The position numbers and the translations under genes are program-made. 64,000 nt of DNA from Patescibacteria group bacterium (GTDB lineage Bacteria > Patescibacteriota > Minisyncoccia > Phycocordibacterales > Phycocordibacteraceae): NCBI GenBank assembly GCA_004322365.1, contig SCTS01000007.1, positions 18,266-82,265 of the forward strand. The letters run 5' to 3'. A model generated the notes under the pieces. It saw only the letters and a list, made by a program, of their open reading frames with translations. It was not told the origin of the DNA and made no database searches. Shown piece after piece: positions 27,240-37,053 of this stretch; position 1 is the first letter of the stretch, and each line of letters opens with the position of its first letter.

Positions 27240-30200
27240 TGAACCTAAATGTCATTCCATCAAACACCAATTCACTAGTGCCACCGCCAATCTCATACGC
27301 TGACAACTTAGCGGTGGTACTGAGTACCTCCCAGTGTTTCTCCAAAAACCTTTCAACTTCTGCATCAGAGGAAACAACGAGTATTGCGGGGTCGTGCGGT
27401 GTAAGACCCGCGCCCTTACGAAGTTCTTGTATAAAGCGTAGGACCTCTCGTACATTTCCCTCTTCCTTCAGAGCATCAGAAATACTTGTGTCGAGGAGTA
27501 CCTCTCCTTTCGCCACAGACTCATCAATCACCACCTCCTTCACATTTAACTCATCTTTAATAAGTTCTAAAAGTTCTCCCTTTCCTGAAAGCTCCGAGCT
27601 GAAAGCTGAAAGTTTCTGAAGTGGTTGTCTCACCTTTATATCCGCCCTCTGCCGAGCTTCTAATCCCAATGAAACAATGCGTCGCACCTCCTCCATGTCG
27701 TGAAGCAGTTTCTCATCAATCGAATCTATATGAGGCCAAACACACAAGTGCACACTTAGGGGTGCGCCACTCTTTTTAACTTTTTGATATGCGTACTCAG
27801 CAGTAAATGGAATGAATGGCGCCGACACTTTTGTAAATTCTTCGATAATCGTTCGGAATGTTCGAAGTGCGTCCCCTGTATTTGAACCACCCTCTTTTAA
27901 ACGATCCCGCGAACGCCTCAGATACCATGTTGAAAAATCTTCAACAAACGAAAGTAAGGGGCGTGTCGCCTTATCAAGCTCATACGATTCCATTCCTGCG
28001 GTGACCTCTACAACCGTTTGATTCAAGCACGCAACTATCCACCTATCAAGCACATGCTCAGATGAACGAGCCTTCAGGTCATTCACAGTGAGGTCAGCGT
28101 AGAGCTCGTAGAAAGAAAGCACATTGAGGAATCTGCCAATAAGTTTTGAGGCAATTTCCCCCACCCCTTTTTCAGAGAAGTTCAAATCTTCCGCACGCAT
28201 CAACGGCGAAGCTAGGAGGTAATAACGGATAGCATCAGCGCCATATTTCTCTAATACGGTGACTGGATCAGGGTAATTTTTCAAACGTTTCGACATCTTT
28301 TGCCCATCTTCTGCCAAAACAATACCGTTCACAATTACATTCTTATAGGTTGCTCTGCCAAAAAGTCCGACACCTAAAACGAGGAGCGAATAAAACCAAC
28401 CCCTTGTTTGGTCTAATCCCTCAGCAATAAAATCCGCTGGGTAGCCACGAGATTTCTTGAGCCACCCCGGCTTCGGGTCGAACCTGTCTTTGTTTTCGAA
28501 TGGATAATGATTCTGAGCATACGACATTGAGCCCGACTCAAACCAGCAATCAAAAACATCATGTACACGCTCCAACCTTGTACCATCGGTGTCTATAAGC
28601 ACCACGTCATCGATGTATGGACGGTGATAATCGAGTTCATAATTTTTATTATGAGGGAGAGGAATGAAAGGAAGACTAACTATCTCGGCTGGCTTGAGCA
28701 TCGCGTGGTCGGCAAGAACAGATAGTGCTTCTTTTGCAGTGCTTCCTTTTGAAACTGCCACGAGTGCAGCTACTGGCCAGCCATGAGAAACAAACAATAT
28801 ATTTTTTCCTGCATATTTGTGTTCACATTCATAGAGAAGCGCTCCAACGCGACGACGCATATCATTAATGCTTTCGCCTTCTTCAGGACCTTTTTCAAAA
28901 AGTGGTGCTATTTCCTTAAAATGCTCTGCCCACTCACTGTCGGGACGACCATTGAAGACACCGTGATTGTATTCATTCAAACGTGAATCAGTCGATACAG
29001 CCGACACTTCAAGACCAAGAGTTTCTCGTGCTATCTCAGCAGTTTGTGTTGCCCTCAGAAGCTCCGAATGGATAATGATATCTATGTGTACTCCTAAATT
29101 TTGAGTAGATTTTTTTGCCTCCGCCTTTCCTTTTTCAGTAAGAGAGACGCCATCATCAGGCTTATAACTTATGACTTTTTTAACATTCTTCTCTGACTCT
29201 CCGTGACGCATTGCAAAATATGTATTGCCTGATTTTTTCGTGTATGACTTTAGTTCATCCAGTGAGCCAATAAAAACATTCTCTTTAGCCTTGTGGTTAC
29301 GCCACACGGGAATTGGTGCACCCCAATACCGAGCACGTGAAATTGCCCAATCCCGGGCATTGAGAAGCCAATTTCCGAACCTCTTCTCCCCTACTTCTTT
29401 GGGCACCCAATTAATGTTTTTATTTTCCGCTACAAGTTTGTTTTTAAACTTCGTGACTTCCACAAACCACGACGACGAAGCGTAATTTAACAACGGAGTA
29501 TCACACCGCCAACAATGCGGATACGAGTGTATTATTTTTTCTTTAGCAAAGAGCAATCCTTTTCCTGCAAGATATTTAATGACCGCAACATCTGTGGATT
29601 GCGAATCGTCTTTCGGTTTCGCCTGAAGTCCTTTGAAATCTGAAACGACATCGACAAAAAACCCATCCTTATCGACGTGATGCACTATCGGAATCCCTTC
29701 TTTTTGTGCGAGCTCTAAGTCTTCTGCACCAAACGCAGGAGCAAGATGCACTAACCCTGTTCCACTATCCATCGTCACATACGGAGCGTGATACACCTTC
29801 CATGCTTTTTCTTTGCCTTTTATATTGTGATCAGCAAAATACGAAAACGGAGGCTTGTATGATTTACCAACAAGTTCACTCCCAAGAAATTCTTTTTCTA
29901 CTTCATAGTCAACTTTAATTACTTCCAATCTGTCTTTAGCGAGAATGTATTTTTCATTTCCTGAGACAATTTTTACATAGGTCATATCTTTATGAACTGC
30001 AGCAGCCATGTTGCCAGGCAAGGTCCACGGCGTTGTTGTCCACGCAAGAAGAAAAGTTCCGGGTTCATCAACAAGCTCAAGTTTTGCGGTGACAGAAATA
30101 TCGGTAATGTCTTTGTATCCTTGCGCTACTTCAAAGTTAGAGAGCGTGGTGCCACAACGAGGGCACAAATGCATCGCTTTAAATCCTTCATATACCAATC

Positions 30201-30714
30201 CCTTTTTATGAAGATCATTAAATGCCCACCATACGCTTTCGGTGTAGGTGGCATCCATCGTCCTATAGTCATTCTCCATATCTACCCATCTACCGAAACG
30301 AGGAATGATAGCTTTCCAGTCATCCGAATAACGGAGGACTGCTTTGCGAGCCGCTTCATTAAATGTCGCAACCCCTAGAGTTTCAATATCTCGTTTCGTT
30401 GCAAGTCCGAGCTCTTTCTCTATCTGATTCTCTAGAGGTAATCCATGGCAATCCCAACCCCAACGGCGTGGTACATGGTAGCCCTGCATCGTTTTGTAAC
30501 GCGGGATAGCATCTTTAATGGTGCCCGCGAGAATGTGACCGTAATGTGGCAAACCTGTGGCAAATGGAGGACCATCATAAAAAACAAACTCTCCCTTTGG
30601 AGCCTCTTTGGAAAGGGTTTTTTCAAAAATCTCGTTTTTTTGCCAAAAAGCTAGGATTTCTTCCTCACGCTTGGCAGGCTCGCTTTTAGTATCTGCATCC
30701 ATAAACTTCATCAC
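27226..30714 (-). CDS. ileS: isoleucine--tRNA ligase (type 2) with an embedded histidine-phosphatase (PGAM-like) domain
   Basis: 1162 aa. HIGH region (PHYGHILAG), WCISR-like AISRARYWGAPIP, KMSKRL. Residues about 496-683 (YFAMRHGESEKN … FVSHGWPV) form a complete RHG histidine-phosphatase domain inserted before DCWFESGS. Confidence 0.9.
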   Translation of the reverse strand: MMKFMDADTKSEPAKREEEILAFWQKNEIFEKTLSKEAPKGEFVFYDGPPFATGLPHYGHILAGTIKDAIPRYKTMQGYHVPRRWGWDCHGLPLENQIEKELGLATKRDIETLGVATFNEAARKAVLRYSDDWKAIIPRFGRWVDMENDYRTMDATYTESVWWAFNDLHKKGLVYEGFKAMHLCPRCGTTLSNFEVAQGYKDITDISVTAKLELVDEPGTFLLAWTTTPWTLPGNMAAAVHKDMTYVKIVSGNEKYILAKDRLEVIKVDYEVEKEFLGSELVGKSYKPPFSYFADHNIKGKEKAWKVYHAPYVTMDSGTGLVHLAPAFGAEDLELAQKEGIPIVHHVDKDGFFVDVVSDFKGLQAKPKDDSQSTDVAVIKYLAGKGLLFAKEKIIHSYPHCWRCDTPLLNYASSSWFVEVTKFKNKLVAENKNINWVPKEVGEKRFGNWLLNARDWAISRARYWGAPIPVWRNHKAKENVFIGSLDELKSYTKKSGNTYFAMRHGESEKNVKKVISYKPDDGVSLTEKGKAEAKKSTQNLGVHIDIIIHSELLRATQTAEIARETLGLEVSAVSTDSRLNEYNHGVFNGRPDSEWAEHFKEIAPLFEKGPEEGESINDMRRRVGALLYECEHKYAGKNILFVSHGWPVAALVAVSKGSTAKEALSVLADHAMLKPAEIVSLPFIPLPHNKNYELDYHRPYIDDVVLIDTDGTRLERVHDVFDCWFESGSMSYAQNHYPFENKDRFDPKPGWLKKSRGYPADFIAEGLDQTRGWFYSLLVLGVGLFGRATYKNVIVNGIVLAEDGQKMSKRLKNYPDPVTVLEKYGADAIRYYLLASPLMRAEDLNFSEKGVGEIASKLIGRFLNVLSFYELYADLTVNDLKARSSEHVLDRWIVACLNQTVVEVTAGMESYELDKATRPLLSFVEDFSTWYLRRSRDRLKEGGSNTGDALRTFRTIIEEFTKVSAPFIPFTAEYAYQKVKKSGAPLSVHLCVWPHIDSIDEKLLHDMEEVRRIVSLGLEARQRADIKVRQPLQKLSAFSSELSGKGELLELIKDELNVKEVVIDESVAKGEVLLDTSISDALKEEGNVREVLRFIQELRKGAGLTPHDPAILVVSSDAEVERFLEKHWEVLSTTAKLSAYEIGGGTSELVFDGMTFRFNVRS

Positions 30715-30756
30715 ATACTAACATTGTCACCCAACAGTAATTCAATAGGAGAATAT

Positions 30757-30936
30757 TTAGCCCTGTCTCACTCTCCCACTACCGTCACACCGTATGCAAG
30801 ATTTTTCTTCAAAAACATTGCGTAACCCAAGTGCAGCAAGGAGCTCTTTACCCATTCCACTACAAGAAGGACACGGCTGAGTTGTTTCACTATAATCTCT
30901 ATAATTAAATGATGTTGTTGGTTGGCTTTCGGACAT
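30757..30936 (-). CDS. hypothetical small protein (59 aa) with two DnaJ-type CxxCxGxG zinc-finger motifs
   Basis: MSESQ…PCPSCSGMGKELLAALGLRNVFEEKSCIRCDGSGRVRQG. Lies 42 nt upstream of ileS on the same strand and is not in the ORF track (<60 aa). Confidence 0.35.
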   Translation of the reverse strand: MSESQPTTSFNYRDYSETTQPCPSCSGMGKELLAALGLRNVFEEKSCIRCDGSGRVRQG

Positions 30937-30950
30937 ATATTTTAGTTAAA

Positions 30951-30990
30951 AGAAAACCCCTTCTTTCGAAGGGGTTTTGTATGTTTTTGT
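30951..30990 (-). terminator. bidirectional terminator hairpin AAAACCCCTTC-TTTC-GAAGGGGTTTT
   Basis: 11-bp stem with a T-rich tract on the minus strand. Confidence 0.6.
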
Positions 30991-31315
30991 AATTTGTTCT
31001 TATGCGTTCACTACAAAACCCCTTCGCTTGGAAAAGCGCTTTGTAATCTTAATGATGGTCGTACCTCGTGCCATGTGTTTAAGAATATTCTAAAAATGAA
31101 CACTGTCAAGCTGAAAATGGAATCTCTATGCCTGACTCTTTTAATCGAGCTTTTGCACCAGCTACTATTTTCCCCAAATTATTTTTAAGAACCTCAGATG
31201 AGCGATTTAAATTTATTCTTGCACCGGGATAACCGCGCCTCCCTAACCCATCTTCTCTTAACCCTTCGTTGTATGTCATACCAATACATACTACTGAGAC
31301 TATGAGCAGGTTTCA

Positions 31316-33091
31316 CTACATCGCCTCAGGGGCACGGATACCTAAAATAGTGAGGCCATTTTGCATCGTTAATGCAAAGACTCGCGTTAATGCGACCTTG
31401 TAAGGAGACAAGGTATCTGTAGAATCAACAATTTTCCCTGTTGCATACCAACTATTGAATGCGGAAGCCAGCTCTGTCAAAAATGTGGTTATGTGATGCG
31501 GTTCACGATCCACTTGTGCTCGCTCTACTATTTCAGGAAACCGATAGAGTGTTCGCTCTAGCTCGCTAACCTCAGGAATGAGTTCGCTGATTTGATATAT
31601 CAAATCACTTGCAAGCGCGGGTATTTTTTCTGCTCTCGCTTTTCGAAGGACTGCCCGCGCTCGCACATAGGAATATTGTAAATACGGACCTGAATCACCT
31701 TCAAATGAAAGCGAGGCCTCAGGATCGAAAATAATATTTTTTCCTGTCGACTGTTTCAAAATGGAATATTTAATTCCAGCAATAGCAACTGAATCAGCAA
31801 CATCTTGTTTTATTTCTTCAGACTCAAATACACGCCCCTCCATTTTTGCTAGTGCCTTAGCGCGCATGTCTTCTATCAATGACTCGCCCGTTATGATGTT
31901 GCCCTTTCTTGATGACATCTTTCCGCTCGTCAACTGCATCATGCCGAATGCCGTGTGCGTGTACTTCCCTGCCATATCAGGCCACAATTCTGCCATAGCA
32001 GCCTCCACCACTTTGAAATAACCATCCTGCTCCACTGCGATTGTCGTCACGTTGAGATCAAATGGGAACGATTGTTGTTTCATCTGGGCCAACCCCAACT
32101 CTTTTGCTTCATAGGTCGGCGTTCCTTTCGAAGTGACAAATACACGAGTGTGAAGCCCTACCTTTTCCCCCTTAAATACTGTGGCTCCGTCACTCTCTTC
32201 AAAAATTCCACGAGACTTTCCCTCTTCTACAATTTTGAGACCTACACGCCACGCATTACTTTCAAAGAAATATTCATCGAACTTCGTTCCAAGAACTCTA
32301 TACAAATCCTCAAAATGCGCGAGCGATGCTTTGCGACCTTTGTCATATATATCTTGAAGCGACGCATCGCCTTCGTAGAGTCTTTTGTTAATTGAATCAA
32401 TCTCAGCTTTCGAAGCGGGATCATCTTCATAGGCAGTATTTCCAATAACATATGCGTCACCGAGGTCCTGAATATTTGAGGGATTAAGGTTATTTTTCTG
32501 CAATCCCCAAATTCCTTTCGCCACATGCGGACCAATGTCTCCCTGATAGTTGGCTCGGTATATGTCAGCGCCCGACCATTCAACAAGACGAGAAATGGCT
32601 TCTCCAACGGTAGTCGACATTAAGTGCCCAATGTGGAATGGCTTAAAGGGATTTGGCTGTGAGTACTCAACAATTATCTTCTTTCCTTTCAGGGTTGCAT
32701 TACTACCCCACGACTCCCCGCTCTCAGTAATTGCTGAGATACTTTCAGAAAAGAACGAGCGTGTGAGATGAAAGTTAATGAATCCAGCCCCTGCTGTTTC
32801 TATTTTCTGAACTCCATCTATAGAACCAAGACTTTGCACAATCTCCTCGGCAAGCACACGGGGGTTCTTCCCAGCTTTTTTTGCAACAGCAAGCGCAATG
32901 TTCGTTGAATAATCCCCGTGAGATAAATCCCCTGGGTGCTCCAAAACAACCACACCTTCAAGACCGAGGGTCGTGAGTGCTCCCTGTATTGCTTCAATAA
33001 TTCGCTCAGAAATCATACTTTCGTCATCATACCTCGCCAAATACTGGTACAGAAAGACCCCATTCTCACCTCTGAAACCAATTAAGGACAC
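31316..33091 (-). CDS. argS: arginine--tRNA ligase
   Basis: HIGH motif PNPFKPFHIGH and KMSK-like region. An alternative start at 33016 (MISERIIEAIQ) fits the usual N-terminus. Confidence 0.9.
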   Translation of the reverse strand: MSLIGFRGENGVFLYQYLARYDDESMISERIIEAIQGALTTLGLEGVVVLEHPGDLSHGDYSTNIALAVAKKAGKNPRVLAEEIVQSLGSIDGVQKIETAGAGFINFHLTRSFFSESISAITESGESWGSNATLKGKKIIVEYSQPNPFKPFHIGHLMSTTVGEAISRLVEWSGADIYRANYQGDIGPHVAKGIWGLQKNNLNPSNIQDLGDAYVIGNTAYEDDPASKAEIDSINKRLYEGDASLQDIYDKGRKASLAHFEDLYRVLGTKFDEYFFESNAWRVGLKIVEEGKSRGIFEESDGATVFKGEKVGLHTRVFVTSKGTPTYEAKELGLAQMKQQSFPFDLNVTTIAVEQDGYFKVVEAAMAELWPDMAGKYTHTAFGMMQLTSGKMSSRKGNIITGESLIEDMRAKALAKMEGRVFESEEIKQDVADSVAIAGIKYSILKQSTGKNIIFDPEASLSFEGDSGPYLQYSYVRARAVLRKARAEKIPALASDLIYQISELIPEVSELERTLYRFPEIVERAQVDREPHHITTFLTELASAFNSWYATGKIVDSTDTLSPYKVALTRVFALTMQNGLTILGIRAPEAM

Positions 33092-33349
33092 ACGATGGCC
33101 TATCGTGACTTACAACTCCGGCAATATTTATTTTTGACTGATCTGGCAATAGTGGTTCCCCACACCCCCTACATACGGGATACTGCTCGACACGAACGCC
33201 TGTTGATTTTTCTTCTGAGGACCCAATCATTCCTAGGAGCATACTCAAATTCAATTTGGTAAGTGGCCACTCTACAATGACAGGGAATTGTTCATGATTT
33301 TTTTCTTTCATATTTTTTTATTCTTGTACGCAATAAGTTTGGAGATGTT

Positions 33350-33502
33350 TTATCTCACATCGAATTTCTCAACAGTTTCTTTAACCATCTTCTGCAATTT
33401 TTCAATTACCCCTTCTTTACCTATTTCCCTAATAAGCTTAGCTATTTCAACAGCATAGAAGGTGATTTCAAGTGGAGGATTTTCTTTGTTTTGTTGTTCC
33501 AT
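33350..33502 (-). CDS. hypothetical small helical protein (50 aa)
   Basis: MEQQNKENPPLEITFYAVEIAKLIREIGKEGVIEKLQKMVKETVEKFDVR. Not in the ORF track. No SD. Confidence 0.3.
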   Translation of the reverse strand: MEQQNKENPPLEITFYAVEIAKLIREIGKEGVIEKLQKMVKETVEKFDVR

Positions 33503-33694
33503 AGTTTTAGATTGAATGTGTACATAAGAAAAAACAGCCTCGTTTGAGACTGTTTGGGAAATTTCGTTATGTACAAAAACTCGCAGACAATCTCAAACAG
33601 AATGTCTACGGCGACGCACCTGAATTAATACAACGTGTGTATTCATAGAATTAATACTAACAATCATTTTAGTTAAGTCAATAGCCGTAGATAC

Positions 33695-33738
33695 CCCCCA
33701 CACATCCCTAATTCGCACGAATTAGGGATGTGTGGGGG
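33695..33738. promoter_or_regulatory. 21-bp perfect inverted repeat CCCCCACACATCCCTAATTCG-CA-CGAATTAGGGATGTGTGGGGG
   Basis: Perfect 21-bp arms with a 2-nt spacer. No U-tract follows on either strand. Confidence 0.5.
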
Positions 33739-33748
33739 CGAGAAAAAA

Positions 33749-34123
33749 TTAAAGGATTTTTAAGAGAGCAAACTTTTCATTGTTGAATGTTCCGAAGCCA
33801 TGTTTATCAAACAAAGCAGGTACACCAGTAACACTCAAAAGTTCATAAATATCTTTTTTCTTCGCGAAGGTTATGCATGCATCAATCAATGCCGTTGCAA
33901 TACCTCTGTGCTGAAAATCTTTAGAAACCGCAAGACTTCTAATTTCACCAAGACGCTTTGAATAAATCACCAGTGCGCAACACCCAACTATCTTCCCGTC
34001 CTCTATGGCAACAAAAAATTCGCTCGCTTTCGGCAAATGCTTTTGCAAAAGTGTATCGGGATATTCTTTGATGAGTTTCTTGATGCCAAGAAAATCCTTG
34101 AGCGATGCCCTTCTTATTTTCAC
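33749..34123 (-). CDS. GNAT-family N-acetyltransferase
   Basis: 124 aa with the acetyl-CoA binding motif …QHRGIATALIDACITFA…. Confidence 0.85.
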   Translation of the reverse strand: MKIRRASLKDFLGIKKLIKEYPDTLLQKHLPKASEFFVAIEDGKIVGCCALVIYSKRLGEIRSLAVSKDFQHRGIATALIDACITFAKKKDIYELLSVTGVPALFDKHGFGTFNNEKFALLKIL

Positions 34124-34137
34124 GATAGTACCAACGC

Positions 34138-35397
34138 TTACACAAAGGACTCAGGAATTGGGAACTGCCCCGCAAGCTCTTTGACTTCTTCATGCACCGC
34201 ACGCTTTGTATCCGCATTATCTTTATTTTTCAGTGTTTGAATCATAAGCTCAGCAACGCGCGCGCACTCCACCTCTTTAAATCCACGAGTCGTTATTGCG
34301 GGAGAACCAAAGCGTATACCAGATGGATCGAGAGGTTTCCGTGTATCCCCTGCAATCGAGTTCATGTTGAGTGTAATACCAACTTCATCCAAGACCGTCT
34401 GTGATTCTTTTCCTGTCACCCCTAAAGAGCCGAATACATCCGCAAGAATCAAATGGTTGTCCGTGCCCCCTCCAATCATACGCACCCCCTCTCGTCGAAG
34501 CACATGCTCCATTGCTTTAGCATTTTTCAAAATTTGTTGCGCATACTCTTGAAACGCAGGGGTTGATGCTTCGCCAAACGCAACTGCCTTCGCGGCGATA
34601 GTGTGCATGTGAGGCCCTCCTTGAATGCCTGGGAAAATTGCTTTATCTATCTTGGTTGCGATTTCCTCGTTTTCACGCGTGAGAATAATGCCACCACGAG
34701 GCCCTCGAAGTGTCTTGTGTGTCGTTGAAGTAATGATGTCGAAGCCGTCATCGAAAGGATTCCTCAGTGCCTTGCCAGCAATAAGGCCGGCAATGTGTGC
34801 CATGTCTGCCATCGTTATTGCCCCCACTTCATGCGCAATATCAACAAACTTTTTGTAGTCGAGTGTGCGTGAATATGCACTGAAGCCTGCAAGAATAATT
34901 TTAGGTTTCGTTTCAATTGCAACTCGGCGGAGTTCGTCATAATCTATCTCCCCTGTCTCAGGGTCTTTCATTTTGTAGGTAACGAACTTGTAGACTTTCG
35001 CAGGGAGTGTCATTGGGTGTCCGTGCGTAAGGTGCCCGCCGTGTGACAAATCCATACCAAGAACTGTGTCACCAGGATTCAAAAGCGCTGCGTACACCGC
35101 TAAGTTTGCAGGTGCTCCCGAGTGAGGCTGTACATTCGCAAATTTACAATTAAAAAGAGCCTTCACACGCTCAATAGCAAGACGCTCCACAATATCCGTA
35201 TACATCTGTCCGCCGTAGTAACGCTTACCTGGATACCCTTCTGAATATTTGTTTGTAAATACTGAGCCATTCGCTTCAAGAACCGCACGGGATACATAAT
35301 TTTCAGAAGGAATAAGCTCTAAGCCCTCTTCCTCTCGCTTTTGCTCGCCTGCAATCGCTGCCGCTACTTCTACATCCTGTTTTTCTATGTATGCCAT
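34138..35397 (-). CDS. glyA: serine hydroxymethyltransferase
   Basis: 419 aa: …LIPSENYVS…, PLP-lysine region …TTHKTLRGPRGG…. Confidence 0.95.
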   Translation of the reverse strand: MAYIEKQDVEVAAAIAGEQKREEEGLELIPSENYVSRAVLEANGSVFTNKYSEGYPGKRYYGGQMYTDIVERLAIERVKALFNCKFANVQPHSGAPANLAVYAALLNPGDTVLGMDLSHGGHLTHGHPMTLPAKVYKFVTYKMKDPETGEIDYDELRRVAIETKPKIILAGFSAYSRTLDYKKFVDIAHEVGAITMADMAHIAGLIAGKALRNPFDDGFDIITSTTHKTLRGPRGGIILTRENEEIATKIDKAIFPGIQGGPHMHTIAAKAVAFGEASTPAFQEYAQQILKNAKAMEHVLRREGVRMIGGGTDNHLILADVFGSLGVTGKESQTVLDEVGITLNMNSIAGDTRKPLDPSGIRFGSPAITTRGFKEVECARVAELMIQTLKNKDNADTKRAVHEEVKELAGQFPIPESFV

Positions 35398-35401
35398 TGT
35401 G

Positions 35402-36133
35402 TTATTTCTTACCCTTAATAACTTTTAAAACAGTGCCATAAATTTGCTCGTGTATCTCTTCTCTCGGAAGAATACCATTTTTGTTTCCGCACTCAATCTT
35501 CTTCCAATTTCCTTTTTGGCTAATAAGTTTTAAGGCGCTTTTCTGTGCTGCCTCAAGATACTTCGCATCCCCTTCTACAATATCCTTTCCTCTATGGGCA
35601 TAGCGTTTTTTATCCTCCCGATCCTTATTCTTCAAAAGCTTCAATACCTCTTTCATGGGGAGATGGAGGTACACAATCAAATCAGGTCGCGGGAGCCCAA
35701 ATACTCCATGCTCCATGGTGTCGAGCCACTTTAAAAATGCGCGACGCTTCTTCGCATCATTTATTTTTCCTCCCTGATGGAGCTGATTCGCCGACACATA
35801 ACGATCAAGAACAACTGTTTTCCCTTCTTTTAGCCAATCATCCAATTTTTCTTTGGATTCAAAACGGTCAGCTGCATACATAACTGAGGCGATGTAGGGG
35901 TCAATATGCAAAAAATCGCCATACTCCCCCGTGAGCATGGCACCTATGAAGTGACCGAAGAAATTCTTGTAGTACTGCGGAAAATCGAGCGTTTCAACCT
36001 TCACTCCTTCTCGTTTTAAGCGTGCAACCAAGAGCTTTGTTTGGGTTGCTTTACCTACCCCATCGGTACCATCTATTACTATGAGTCTTCCCTTTTTACT
36101 CCTCATTATCCCCAGTATATCGCGAGCTTTCAT
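35402..36133 (-). CDS. tmk: thymidylate (dTMP) kinase
   Basis: P-loop IVIDGTDGVGKATQ, DRY-like motif LDRYVSANQ. Confidence 0.85.
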   Translation of the reverse strand: MKARDILGIMRSKKGRLIVIDGTDGVGKATQTKLLVARLKREGVKVETLDFPQYYKNFFGHFIGAMLTGEYGDFLHIDPYIASVMYAADRFESKEKLDDWLKEGKTVVLDRYVSANQLHQGGKINDAKKRRAFLKWLDTMEHGVFGLPRPDLIVYLHLPMKEVLKLLKNKDREDKKRYAHRGKDIVEGDAKYLEAAQKSALKLISQKGNWKKIECGNKNGILPREEIHEQIYGTVLKVIKGKK

Positions 36134-36137
36134 TTTT

Positions 36138-36176
36138 CCCCTAAACGCTATACGCTATAGGCTATACGCTCTCTAT
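36138..36176. repeat. CTAAACGCTATACGCTATAGGCTATACGCT repeat in the tmk/thyA divergent region
   Basis: Tandem GCTATAC/CTAAACGCT units, related to 37007-37042. Confidence 0.6.
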
Positions 36177-37004
36177 ATGAAGCAATACAACAACCTCCTC
36201 AAGAAAGTTTTAGAAGAAGGCGCAGACCGTGAGACACGAAACGGAAAAACCCGTGCACTCTTTGGACTCCAAATGCGCTTCAACATGGCAGACGGATTTC
36301 CTGCCGTCACCACAAAAAAATTAGCATTCAAAGCAGTGAAGAGTGAACTTTTGTGGTTCATTGAAGGCTCAAACGACGACAACCGTTTGAAAGAATTAAA
36401 TAGTAGTGAGCGCACCATCTGGACCGACAATGCTGAAGCTCCGTACTGGGCACCAAAAGCAAAATTTCCTGGCGATTTAGGTCGCGTCTATGGAGTGCAG
36501 TGGAGAAAATGGCAAGGACCAAACGGTAAGGTCGTCGACCAACTTGCAGAAGTCATCGAGAAAATAAAAACGGATCCAACTAACCGCAGACTCATCGTCT
36601 CTGCATGGAATCCAGGGGAGCTCGATCAAATGGCATTACCTCCGTGCCACATGTTCTTCCAGTTTTTCGTGGCGGATGGAAAACTTTCGCTTCTCATGCA
36701 TCAACGCTCATGCGACATGTTTCTTGGCGTGCCATTCAACATCGCCTCGTACTCCTTACTCCTCGCAATGGTGGCGCAAGTAACAAACCTCGTTCCTCAC
36801 GAATTCGTACACTCACTTGGCGATGCGCACATCTATCACGATCACTTGGATGCAGTGAAAGAACAACTTTCGCGTGAGCCATTAGCTCTCTGCTCTTTGA
36901 AATTGAATCCATCTGTGAAAAATATTAACGACTTCAAAATGGAAGATATAGAGCTCGAAAATTACCAGTCCCACCCACCAATAAAAGCGAAGATGGCTGT
37001 GTAA
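36177..37004 (+). CDS. thyA: thymidylate synthase ThyA; the ORF track start at 36081 overlaps tmk, so the ATG at 36177 is preferred
   Basis: MKQYNNLLKKVLEEG…, active-site …PPCHMFFQF…. Confidence 0.93.
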   Translation: MKQYNNLLKKVLEEGADRETRNGKTRALFGLQMRFNMADGFPAVTTKKLAFKAVKSELLWFIEGSNDDNRLKELNSSERTIWTDNAEAPYWAPKAKFPGDLGRVYGVQWRKWQGPNGKVVDQLAEVIEKIKTDPTNRRLIVSAWNPGELDQMALPPCHMFFQFFVADGKLSLLMHQRSCDMFLGVPFNIASYSLLLAMVAQVTNLVPHEFVHSLGDAHIYHDHLDAVKEQLSREPLALCSLKLNPSVKNINDFKMEDIELENYQSHPPIKAKMAV

Positions 37005-37006
37005 TG

Positions 37007-37042
37007 TTGCTGGTTTTCTCTAAACGCTATACTCTAAACACT
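37007..37042. repeat. TTCTCTAAACGCTATACTCTAAACACTAACCACTAC box
   Basis: Shares TTCTCTAAAC…CCACTAA with 12061-12086 and 63820-63846. Confidence 0.6.
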
Positions 37043-37053
37043 AACCACTACTT

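Noticed and set aside
27586-27613. GAAAGCTGAAAGC heptamer motif inside ileS
   Set aside because: It lies in the coding sequence, where it encodes …KLSAFSSELSG… in frame. This is a coincidental match to the intergenic repeat vocabulary, not an intergenic element.
33066-33311. 81-aa minus-strand ORF upstream of and overlapping argS
   Set aside because: It overlaps the argS N-terminus if argS starts at 33091. It has no RBS and no homolog recognised. It is left unannotated but cannot be fully excluded if argS starts at 33016.
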